IMG/VR virus record: IMGVR_UViG_3300034104_001590
Location: 129-64,128 of that record
Source: a virus
Lineage: Duplodnaviria; Caudoviricetes
Direction: 5' to 3' (one strand)
DNA length: 64,000 nucleotides
This document shows positions 29,183 through 37,869 of the stretch, in pieces (the stretch's first letter is position 1; every line of letters starts with the position of its first letter). A program made the translations under genes and the position numbers. The notes under the pieces are model-generated. The model was not told the DNA's origin. It searched no databases and saw nothing but the letters and a program-made list of their open reading frames with translations.

Positions 29183-31393
29183 TTATTGAATACCTTGATT
29201 TTTAATAATATCTCTCTCAGTTTTAGCTCCTTCTTTAAGTGCTATTTTCTCCATGTCTTGCTGATGTTGTAAATCCATCATTCCAACTTCTTGAGCTTGC
29301 TGATCTTGTTGAACTTGCTGAAGTTGTTGAATCATATCTGCTTGTTGAACTCTTCCTTGTGCCATTCCTTCATTAGCAGCTTTATCAGCCATTTGTTGAG
29401 CCATCATCTTGTCTCTACTGAACTTGCGTAATGCATCAGCAACTAAATCTGGACTAGCTCTATTGAATAGATTAGCAAAGATTGTTTGATCTATCAATCC
29501 AGCTTGTAACAACGTAAACAACAATTGGTTTGCAGAAGCTACCCCTTGCTCTGGAGTTTCAGAACGCTTAATGAATATTCTATAGTCTTGTAATAAATGA
29601 TCTTTAGTAATTTCTATCCTTGACATTCCTTCATCACCAACCATCATAGCTAACTTTCTTGGATTGTCGTGGTAGATAGCTTTACCAACCGTTGCCATGT
29701 GTTCGTATGCTTGCTTCAATATAGAAGTTAAGGCCCAATAGAATGGTTCTTGAACTAATGAACCTCTTTGAATCTGAGCTTCAATTACACCTACAAGAAC
29801 ATCACTACCTCCCTGGGTTCCAGTCATTGCTTCATTTACACCAGTAACATCTTGAATAGATTGCTGAACAGCTTGGATAACCTGGAACATCTGTAGAGTT
29901 CCGCCTCCAATGTTAGTTCCATAAGTTCCAATAGCATTCTGAACGGAACCTACTCTGTCTGTATCTACAAATATTGGCTTAGAAGAGTTTATGTTTCTAG
30001 TAATATCGGCTTCACCATCTCTGTCATCTACAGCAGATTTAGAAATAACTGTTCCTGTTCCACGCATATTAGCCATATGAGATTCAACAACAGATAATGT
30101 TCTGTTTAAGAAACGCTGTGGATCAATTACATCATCTAGTGGAGTTAATACTTCCCCTCTATCGTAGATATACGTGTAACACTTGTAAGGAAACTTAACA
30201 TTTGCAGGATCATAAAGATTCTTTTCTTGGTAAGGTAAAATACCATACTCTAGAATTATATCTCCAGAACCATGACCTATCTCCTCTTGTGGAATTATGA
30301 TACAATAACGAATTACATCAACATAAATGGTATGCTTCTTCTTATCGCCTAATTCTTCTTTATGTTTTTCAGTTACTGGCTCAATTAAATCTTTGTCTGT
30401 ATATGGTGAATCAGGATTATTTACCATAGTATAGTATGGATAACCATATTCATCTACAACCCAACCATATTCTCTTTTCTCAATATCTTTCCAATAAACT
30501 TCGTAAACAGGAACTTTTCCACCAGGAATTGTGTATATCCCATTTACAATTTTATGCATTGAGTTTTGAGTATTAGAATTTGAATAGTTTTCAATCAATT
30601 CTCTTTCCTCTGGAGTTATCTTTTGATACTTCTCAAAGATACTTGGAGAATCCATATAATACCAATCATGCATAAATTCAGCATCGGATAAGTCAGGCTT
30701 CTTAGCAGACATATCCCAACCAAAGAACAATGGGTTCACTGACTCGGCAACATAATTATCTCCAGCCTCATAACCTTTATAGATTCCTAAACCGCAAATA
30801 GCTAAGTTTCTAGTAATCTGAACTTTTAACTCATCCATATTGACTTCATTAGATATGAATTCAATCAGGTTGTTTATGTCTTTTTCGTATGTTTCAACGA
30901 ATGTATTGTAGAATAGCTCTTCTGTTTCTAATTCTGTATCTTCGATTGGAGCAAAGTTCTTAATAATATCCTTAAAGAAAGGCATAGCCTCAGCAACTTT
31001 TTGAAGAGCCTTCAATTTAGCTAGTTCTTCTTCTCTTTTATTGATTACGAAATCAGAAATACATTTAGCTTTAGCGTCATAAGAAAGTCGAATAGCATTA
31101 CCAACATACTGCTGAACCATTGGCTTGATAACGTTCTTTGTCCATTTTAATCGGTTACGAACATCTCCAGATTCATCTAAGAAGAATGCTTCAATATCCT
31201 CATCAAATATCCACTGCCCGTCTTGACCTTTATAGAATGACCAGTTGATTAAGCATCTGTTTATAAATCTTCTGTAAATGTAATTACTCATAGAAGACAA
31301 ACAGAATTTAGCATATTCTCTGTGGTAGTGCTTATCCTTCTTTGAAGTTAACTTGTTAGGTCTTATTCGACCTGTGCTAAACATAAAACTCAT
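29183..31393 (-). CDS. Portal protein
   Basis: 736 aa; FYKGQDGQW, NVIKPMV, DPQRFLN and DVTGVNEAMTG motifs plus Gln-rich C-terminal barrel, as in podovirus portals. Confidence 0.85.
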   Translation of the reverse strand: MSFMFSTGRIRPNKLTSKKDKHYHREYAKFCLSSMSNYIYRRFINRCLINWSFYKGQDGQWIFDEDIEAFFLDESGDVRNRLKWTKNVIKPMVQQYVGNAIRLSYDAKAKCISDFVINKREEELAKLKALQKVAEAMPFFKDIIKNFAPIEDTELETEELFYNTFVETYEKDINNLIEFISNEVNMDELKVQITRNLAICGLGIYKGYEAGDNYVAESVNPLFFGWDMSAKKPDLSDAEFMHDWYYMDSPSIFEKYQKITPEERELIENYSNSNTQNSMHKIVNGIYTIPGGKVPVYEVYWKDIEKREYGWVVDEYGYPYYTMVNNPDSPYTDKDLIEPVTEKHKEELGDKKKHTIYVDVIRYCIIIPQEEIGHGSGDIILEYGILPYQEKNLYDPANVKFPYKCYTYIYDRGEVLTPLDDVIDPQRFLNRTLSVVESHMANMRGTGTVISKSAVDDRDGEADITRNINSSKPIFVDTDRVGSVQNAIGTYGTNIGGGTLQMFQVIQAVQQSIQDVTGVNEAMTGTQGGSDVLVGVIEAQIQRGSLVQEPFYWALTSILKQAYEHMATVGKAIYHDNPRKLAMMVGDEGMSRIEITKDHLLQDYRIFIKRSETPEQGVASANQLLFTLLQAGLIDQTIFANLFNRASPDLVADALRKFSRDKMMAQQMADKAANEGMAQGRVQQADMIQQLQQVQQDQQAQEVGMMDLQHQQDMEKIALKEGAKTERDIIKNQGIQ

Positions 31394-31394
31394 A

Positions 31395-31961
31395 TCACCT
31401 TAGTATGTCATTAATTCCTATTAAAACCTTCTTCTTTGTTTTTCTCTCTACAGCTTTTACTCCGTAAGAAGACTCTAAAGTTTTTACCATATCTGGAAGC
31501 TCCGAATAAACCTTCACAACCAAATCTGTATATTTTTTCTTTTCATCAATATCCATCGTAGCAAGAGTCTGTGAATCTAACATAATCATATCATTTAAAA
31601 TCTCAAACATATACTGACTCATCAACTTTGCTCTAAGCCTGTATTCTGGATTAAATGATTCCATCTTTTTGATTCCAGCTACAATTTCATCTGGCACGTT
31701 TCCTTCAATCATCTCAACCAAATCTTTCCTTTGATCGTAACTCTTTCCATAAACAAGCTCCAATGCTTTGTGCAGCCTTTCTCTCTTGTTGCTCAGTTTG
31801 TAGATAGGACTTGTTCTATTTCCTAACAACCAACAGAGTCTTAATTGTTTTGGCTGAAGAGATTTAAACTCATCTATTTCAGCTAACTCTGGATACTCAA
31901 TCCTTAAATCACCATCTCCCTCTAACCCAAAAATAGTAATCTCTACTTCTTTTTTCTCCAT
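31395..31961 (-). CDS. Hypothetical protein upstream of portal (start revised to 31961)
   Basis: The longer start overlaps a terminator hairpin; MEKKEVEITIFG is more plausible. Confidence 0.5.
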   Translation of the reverse strand: MEKKEVEITIFGLEGDGDLRIEYPELAEIDEFKSLQPKQLRLCWLLGNRTSPIYKLSNKRERLHKALELVYGKSYDQRKDLVEMIEGNVPDEIVAGIKKMESFNPEYRLRAKLMSQYMFEILNDMIMLDSQTLATMDIDEKKKYTDLVVKVYSELPDMVKTLESSYGVKAVERKTKKKVLIGINDILR

Positions 31962-31969
31962 AAAATTAT

Positions 31970-32012
31970 AAAAAAATAGGGTAGGCAATTTTATACCTAC
32001 CCTACAAAGATA
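31970..32012 (-). terminator. Terminator hairpin abutting a TATCTTTG promoter element
   Basis: AGGGTAGG/CCTACCCT stem plus T-run; TAnnTTTG at 32005-32012. Confidence 0.65.
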
Positions 32013-32024
32013 ATCAAATTTTAA

Positions 32025-32828
32025 TTAGACAGCAGGACATCCTAAGTAGTTAGCTACAGTAGCCCAAGATCCATCAAGGATAGAAGTCAACTTAGTAACT
32101 GTTGCAGCAGTTCCAGCATCACCAGAGTTCAAATAAACAATAGCTTGTACTGGACGAACAACTTGAAGACCATTTACGATATTGTTACGAAGAAATCTTC
32201 TGTAAGTAATGATGTATCGGTTGTAAGTTCCTGTAACCAATGCAGCATTAGGAATATACTGAAGAACCTCATTAGTTGTTCCTACAGGAGAAGCCCAAGC
32301 AGTAAAATCAGCAACAGTTGCACCAGCAGGAGCATTAACTGTCAATGGACCAAATCCAGCAGCATCAGCTGTAATACGAACAACGTCACCAGCTTGAGAT
32401 GTAGCGGTAAAATAAGCATTAACATCAGCGTTGATACGAGCGATAAATGCAGCTTGTAATTCAGCAACTGTAGCAGTAGCATCCAAAGAAACTGTGTAAG
32501 TTCTTGTTTGGAAAATAGCACCAGACTCTTGACCTCCTCCGAAGAAGCTTTGTACGTATGGAGCATAAACAGTTAACACATAAATTCCGTTGTTAAGGAT
32601 TGTAACACCAGTTAAATCTACATCAACTACGTTAGCTGTACCAGCAGAATAAGCATTGTAGTCAAAGTTGATTAAGTCAGAAGCTTTAAGCACAAGAGCA
32701 GCAGCACCTGATTCATCTTTAACAGTTAATACTCCGTTAGCCAATACTACATCTGTAGCAGCTACAGGCGTGTTTAGCAATAATGCTGAATCAGCATTGA
32801 TTGTTGGTAATTGAAAAGTAATTGCCAT
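32025..32828 (-). CDS. Putative abundant virion protein (auxiliary capsid/decoration)
   Basis: Ala/Thr/Val-rich 267 aa with its own promoter (32908-32915) and terminator; codon style resembles the capsid gene. Confidence 0.55.
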   Translation of the reverse strand: MAITFQLPTINADSALLLNTPVAATDVVLANGVLTVKDESGAAALVLKASDLINFDYNAYSAGTANVVDVDLTGVTILNNGIYVLTVYAPYVQSFFGGGQESGAIFQTRTYTVSLDATATVAELQAAFIARINADVNAYFTATSQAGDVVRITADAAGFGPLTVNAPAGATVADFTAWASPVGTTNEVLQYIPNAALVTGTYNRYIITYRRFLRNNIVNGLQVVRPVQAIVYLNSGDAGTAATVTKLTSILDGSWATVANYLGCPAV

Positions 32829-32939
32829 AATAAATTGTTTTAATACACTGAACTAAGTTCTGTGTGGTAGTTAATAAAAATAACATCACCTCACTGTGAA
32901 TATTTGGCAAATATAGTAAAAAAATTAAACGAAAATTTT

Positions 32940-33110
32940 TGGGTTTGGGTTGTTTCTTTTTTTTTCTTTTCTTTTTGAGTAGTGTATATGAGATATATAT
33001 ATTTATATATATCGAAATATATACTACGTTTTTCTTTCTTTCTTTTGGTTCTTTTCTTTCTTTCTTTGCTTTTTCTTTTCTTTTTTTTTCTTTATTAAAT
33101 TTTTTATCAA
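32940..33110. repeat. Low-complexity T/C and TA tract between divergent promoters; candidate replication origin
   Basis: TTTC/CTTT runs, TATA stretch, TTCTTTTGGTTCTTTTCTTT. Confidence 0.4.
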
Positions 33111-33137
33111 AAATGTTTGGAATTTAAAAAACATTTC

Positions 33138-33233
33138 TAACTTTGTAGAGCGATGGAAATGACACAAAAAAAATTTATTGGTTAACAAAAATTAGCACCC
33201 CATCTTTTTTCATCGCACCAGGGGTGCTTTTTT
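33138..33233 (+). promoter_or_regulatory. Promoter (TAACTTTG) plus leader with pseudoknotted terminator
   Basis: AGCACCCC/GGGGTGCT stem plus T-run; loop TTTTCATCGC can pair with upstream GCGATGGAAA. Confidence 0.6.
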
Positions 33234-33245
33234 ATTTTGAGTAAT

Positions 33246-33527
33246 ATGGAACAGTTTAGAGTTGTTTGCGTAAACGACAAAGCTAAACCAACTGGATATG
33301 TTGGAGAGTGGCTTGAACAAGGTGAAGTCTACACGGTGATAGATGCTAAGTATCTTATGCGTCAAAGAATGACCATTGGATACAAGCTAGCTGAGATAGA
33401 TATGGATCCTAATTCTGAATATCAATACTTTTTAAGTAACCGATTCAGACCTTATACAGATGAAGACGCTATGATGGAAGTGGCTCTTGAAGAATTACTT
33501 GAAGAAACTTATGCTGAAACGCTGTGA
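33246..33527 (+). CDS. Hypothetical protein (likely ATG start at 33246)
   Basis: VVCVNDK...GEVYTV...RFRP pattern common in small phage proteins. Confidence 0.6.
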   Translation: MEQFRVVCVNDKAKPTGYVGEWLEQGEVYTVIDAKYLMRQRMTIGYKLAEIDMDPNSEYQYFLSNRFRPYTDEDAMMEVALEELLEETYAETL

Positions 33528-34273
33528 TTGAAGTATTTGAAGAATTAGATAAGTTTAGCGGTATTGTCTTCAACGAAGATGCACACACCTATCATTACGA
33601 TGGGACATTATGCACTTCTGTAACTACAGTTATCGGAAGATACAAAGAGCCTTTTGATACTCAAAAGATAGCTACAGCATACGCAGTGAAACGTGGGTTA
33701 AGTGTTTTTGATGTAATTGAAGAGTGGGAAAAGAAAAAGAATGATGCGGCAACTAAAGGAACTCACGCACACAAATATGCTGAATTAAAGTTTGCTTCTA
33801 AACAATATGGTGTAACAGAAGGATTAACAGAATTGTCAGAAATATTACACAGATTGTTTAATATGATTGACACATTTCATCGCGACTGCAAGGGCAGATT
33901 GATTCCTATAAAGTCTGAAATGATTGTTGGAGACAAGAATAGGCGTATATGTGGAATGATAGATCAATTATTTTATAATGTCAGGGCCAAAGAGTTTCAG
34001 ATATGGGATTATAAGACTAATAAAGCTATAAATAAATCCAACAATTACAAGAAGAAGATGACTAATGGTTTATGGCATCTAGATGAGTGTGAGTTCAATA
34101 CATATTCATTACAGCTCGGCTTGTATAAGAAAATAATTGAAGAGAACACAAATATTAAAATCGGAAATTCATATATTTGTTGGATTAATGAGAATAATCA
34201 TACATATAAGCCGATGAAAGTAGCTGATATGCATACGGAAGTTAATCATATTTGGAGTTCTTTAGCCGCGTGA
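33524..34273 (+). CDS. PD-(D/E)XK exonuclease (Cas4/RecB-like)
   Basis: SVTT, GTHAH, ICGMIDQL, IWDYKT and YSLQLGLY motifs. Confidence 0.85.
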   Translation: MIEVFEELDKFSGIVFNEDAHTYHYDGTLCTSVTTVIGRYKEPFDTQKIATAYAVKRGLSVFDVIEEWEKKKNDAATKGTHAHKYAELKFASKQYGVTEGLTELSEILHRLFNMIDTFHRDCKGRLIPIKSEMIVGDKNRRICGMIDQLFYNVRAKEFQIWDYKTNKAINKSNNYKKKMTNGLWHLDECEFNTYSLQLGLYKKIIEENTNIKIGNSYICWINENNHTYKPMKVADMHTEVNHIWSSLAA

Positions 34274-34620
34274 GCACATCGTCTAAATACTCAAGCAATA
34301 AGTTAAAGCAGGTTATAGAAAATAACACTCAGCATTTCATTATTAGATCTTATGTTTCAGCTGCCTTTGAGTATGATCGAAAAGTATATGAATACCATCT
34401 TTATTGGTATAATGCAAACAAAGGAAAATTTGAAGATATGCATTGCTACCAATGTATGTCATTTAAACAACTAAATAGAAAAGAAATCAAATACTTCAAA
34501 TCCATATTAGACGAATACAATAAAGTAGTTGACAATAAATATGGCTGTATATGGGAAAATAAAAAACTAGGATTTAATAAAACCCTAGTTCATATTAATC
34601 AATTAAAATTTGACTTTTAA
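34270..34620 (+). CDS. Hypothetical protein
   Basis: GTGA overlap with the exonuclease stop; intact ORF. Confidence 0.5.
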   Translation: MSTSSKYSSNKLKQVIENNTQHFIIRSYVSAAFEYDRKVYEYHLYWYNANKGKFEDMHCYQCMSFKQLNRKEIKYFKSILDEYNKVVDNKYGCIWENKKLGFNKTLVHINQLKFDF

Positions 34621-35577
34621 TTATTTAGCTTCTAAAGCTTCAACTTTAGCAGAAAGATCTTGGATAGCTTTAACAAGAATAGGAATTAATTTACCATAGC
34701 TTGCCTCAAGTTTCTCTGGATTCTCTTCATAAACAAGTTTAAGAACTTCTGCTTTTTCAGCATCTTCTTGTGCTTTCTTTAAATCTTGTGCTATGAATCC
34801 GAAATCAGCTATATCATGTCTACCATTTTCATCTCTATCGTTCCATACAAATTCAACTGGTCTAAGCGCTTCCACAAACTCTAAACCTGTACTTAAATCT
34901 TTGATGTCTTTTTTATCGCGCTCATCAGAAAGAGATGTTATAGTTGTTACAGCAGCACGAATTACAGTATGCGATGAATTACCTAGTGTGATAGCATTAC
35001 TTGCGGAAGATGTAGCTGGCCTAGAATTAGCACCTATTAAAACGTTATTATTACCAGATGTTTGAAATGTAAAAGGAGCAATAAAAGAAGCCCCAGCTCC
35101 TGCACCGATAAATACATTATCATCCCCACTTGCTAATGATCTTCCAGCTCTAGATCCAAAATAAACATTTCTATTTCCAGAAGTTGTTAAACTTCCTGCG
35201 CTATCTCCAACAGAAGAATTATCATCTCCTGTTGCTAATTGATCGTTAGCAGCAACACCTACTGCTACATTATGCTCTCCATCTGTTAAATAATACAAAG
35301 AGCCTATTCCTACAGCAACATTTGACTGAACACTAGAATTAACCGCTTCATGAAGAGATTCTTGACCAATAGCAACATTATAGCTAGTATCTTCTGCTTT
35401 ATTCATGGCTTCAAATCCTAAAACAGTATTTTGTTGACCTGAAGTTATAGCTTGACCAGCACTTTCTCCTATAATAGTGTCTTTTATATTTGGAGAACTA
35501 ATATCAACTCCATTCACTTTTACGGCTGTTAAAGATTGAGGATATATATTATCCACATAAAAATCTGATGTTGGCAT
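34621..35577 (-). CDS. Tail fibre/spike protein with C-terminal S74 intramolecular chaperone (paralogue 3)
   Basis: NVAIG/NVAVG beta-roll repeats; SDERDKKDI...GFIAQD...YGKLIPILVKAIQ. Confidence 0.85.
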   Translation of the reverse strand: MPTSDFYVDNIYPQSLTAVKVNGVDISSPNIKDTIIGESAGQAITSGQQNTVLGFEAMNKAEDTSYNVAIGQESLHEAVNSSVQSNVAVGIGSLYYLTDGEHNVAVGVAANDQLATGDDNSSVGDSAGSLTTSGNRNVYFGSRAGRSLASGDDNVFIGAGAGASFIAPFTFQTSGNNNVLIGANSRPATSSASNAITLGNSSHTVIRAAVTTITSLSDERDKKDIKDLSTGLEFVEALRPVEFVWNDRDENGRHDIADFGFIAQDLKKAQEDAEKAEVLKLVYEENPEKLEASYGKLIPILVKAIQDLSAKVEALEAK

Positions 35578-35578
35578 T

Positions 35579-36616
35579 TTATTTTGATTTTAAAGTTTGT
35601 AATTCTTCTGATAACTCTTGAATTGCTTTTACAAGAATAGGGATTAGTTTTCCGTAGCTTGCCTCTAACTTCTCTGGATTCTCTTCGTAAACTAACTTCA
35701 ATGTTTCAGCTAATCCTGCATCTTCTTGACACTTCTTTAAATCTTGAGCAATGAAACCAAAGTCTTTAATGTCACGTCTACCATTGTCATCACGTTCATT
35801 CCACACAAATTTAACTGGTTTCAATTTTTTCACAAAATCAAGGCCTATAGGTAGTTCTTCAACTTCTTTTTTATCCCTAATATCAGATAATGATGTAATA
35901 CTTGTTACAGCACATCTAAGAATATTATGTGAAGAATTACCTAATGTAATTGAGTCACTTGCTGTAAGTGACGCTTTTAAAGCATCTGTTCCTATTTGAA
36001 TATTATTATTTCCTGTTATTTGGCCAGCATAAGATATAGAAAATTTACCTAATATTACATTATTATTACCACCTGAAAAAGCCCAACCCGCATCTTTACC
36101 AACAAATGTATTATCATTTCCGCTACCTCCTGAAAATGCATATCCAGTACTATTACCAACAATTACATTACCATCTCCCGTACTTGTAAATTGACTTCCA
36201 GCTCCAAGCCCTACAAATGTATTTCTTGTACCACTTAGTAAATTTCCTCCTGCATTTGCTCCAAGAGCCGTATTAAAATTACCAGTTGTTATTTGTAATA
36301 AAGAGTAAGCTCCAAATGCATCATTTAGAATACAGTTTGTTGCATCTTTTAAAGCCCAAGAACCTACAGCTGTATTTGCACTACCTGCATTAAGTTCTAA
36401 AGCTTGATGTCCTACAGCAACATTATCTGTTTCAGTTGTAACTGTTTTTAAACTTAAATTTCCCAATGAAACATTACGAATTGCAGTTGTAATTGCTTGA
36501 CCTGAATCTTCTCCTAAATTAACATTATTTGTTCCATTAGTTGAAATTTCAATATCATTTACTTTTACTATATTTCCAGTTATAGGATATATATTATTTA
36601 TATAAAAATCACTCAT
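35579..36616 (-). CDS. Tail fibre/spike protein with S74 chaperone (paralogue 2)
   Basis: NTAVG/NTFVG repeats; SDIRDKKEV...GFIAQD. Confidence 0.85.
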   Translation of the reverse strand: MSDFYINNIYPITGNIVKVNDIEISTNGTNNVNLGEDSGQAITTAIRNVSLGNLSLKTVTTETDNVAVGHQALELNAGSANTAVGSWALKDATNCILNDAFGAYSLLQITTGNFNTALGANAGGNLLSGTRNTFVGLGAGSQFTSTGDGNVIVGNSTGYAFSGGSGNDNTFVGKDAGWAFSGGNNNVILGKFSISYAGQITGNNNIQIGTDALKASLTASDSITLGNSSHNILRCAVTSITSLSDIRDKKEVEELPIGLDFVKKLKPVKFVWNERDDNGRRDIKDFGFIAQDLKKCQEDAGLAETLKLVYEENPEKLEASYGKLIPILVKAIQELSEELQTLKSK

Positions 36617-36636
36617 TTTATTTTATTTTTAATTAT

Positions 36637-36927
36637 TTATACTACTGTTAAAGTTGTACCTACAGGCACTGTTATACTAGCTCCTACACATATTGATAAA
36701 GGGCCCGTATATTCAATATTTGCGTTTTCTGGAAGAACAATATCTTCACCAATACAACCAACGATTCTGAATCCGTTAGCCCATATAGATGTTCCTAATA
36801 CTTGCTGATTACCACCAGCATTTGATTCATTTACTAAGTAAGTAATATCCTCAATGATATTAGTCTCCATTGAATTATCCTTATTACCAAACTTTTTGAA
36901 ATAGGATTTTTGAATGTAATTTGACAT
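36637..36927 (-). CDS. Small putative fibre-associated structural protein
   Basis: Ends GPLSICVGASITVPVGTTLTVV, a pattern seen in short phage tail accessory proteins. Confidence 0.5.
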   Translation of the reverse strand: MSNYIQKSYFKKFGNKDNSMETNIIEDITYLVNESNAGGNQQVLGTSIWANGFRIVGCIGEDIVLPENANIEYTGPLSICVGASITVPVGTTLTVV

Positions 36928-36928
36928 T

Positions 36929-37831
36929 TTATTTTGATTTTAAAAGTTTTACTTCTTCTGATAACTCTTGAATTGCTTTAACCAATACAGGAATTAATCT
37001 ACCATAACTAGCTTCTAATTTTTCAGGATTCTCATCATATACTAATCCTAAATAATCATCATCTACTTCTTTTAAGTCTTGTGCTATAAAACCTAAATCT
37101 TTAATATCTTTCTTAGCACCATCTCTAGTTTCCCACTCAAATGTAACAGGTTTAAGAGATTCAACTAAATCAAGACCATATTTAGATTCTTCAATATTTT
37201 TTTTATCTCTAGCATCAGAAAGAGAAGTGATTGTAGTAACAGCAGCACGAAGAACAGATATACTAGAGTTACCCAAAGTAATAGAATTAGATGCTGTTGC
37301 ACTAGCTTTAGTAGCCATAGATCCTATTACAATATTATTATCTCCAGAAGTGGATGAAAAAGCCGAACTTACTCCAATAGATATATTATCATTACCTGAT
37401 GAAGATCCACCAGATGTAGCCCCAATACCTACATTTGAATCCCCTGATGAATTACCTAAAGAATTATATCCAATAGCAGTATTGTTAACTCCTGATATAT
37501 TAGTAAGTAAAGAAGCGACACCTATAGCTGTATTATACTCTCCTGTTGTGTTATCTCTTAACGCATTAGTTCCAAAAGCTGAATTAGCTGTTCCCGTAGC
37601 ATTATTCAATGCGTTAACACCTACAGAAGTTGAAAAACTACCAATAGAAGTACTTAATCCGCTTCCTTCATGAATTTTTATTGTGCTTGCAATAGGTGAA
37701 TCAATAGAAACACCCGAAACGATAACGCTTGTTCCAAGGTTAGGATTTATAACATCTGACTTAATTTGATTTAAGAACTTAACATTGCCTGTTGACTGTG
37801 TTCCAATTTCATCAACGAAAAATTGACTCAT
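36929..37831 (-). CDS. Tail fibre/spike protein with S74 chaperone (paralogue 1)
   Basis: NTAIG repeats; SDARDKKNI...GFIAQD; promoter element at 37853-37860. Confidence 0.85.
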   Translation of the reverse strand: MSQFFVDEIGTQSTGNVKFLNQIKSDVINPNLGTSVIVSGVSIDSPIASTIKIHEGSGLSTSIGSFSTSVGVNALNNATGTANSAFGTNALRDNTTGEYNTAIGVASLLTNISGVNNTAIGYNSLGNSSGDSNVGIGATSGGSSSGNDNISIGVSSAFSSTSGDNNIVIGSMATKASATASNSITLGNSSISVLRAAVTTITSLSDARDKKNIEESKYGLDLVESLKPVTFEWETRDGAKKDIKDLGFIAQDLKEVDDDYLGLVYDENPEKLEASYGRLIPVLVKAIQELSEEVKLLKSK

Positions 37832-37869
37832 AATTATTTATTTAATTTTTTACAAATATACATTAAATA

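Noticed and set aside
32939-33127. 62-aa Phe-rich ORF
   Set aside because: Artefact of the T-rich low-complexity tract.
34621-37831. Diversity-generating retroelement or invertible shufflon acting on the fibre genes
   Set aside because: No reverse transcriptase or recombinase; all copies are co-oriented intact genes, and I saw no adenine-specific template/variable repeat pair.
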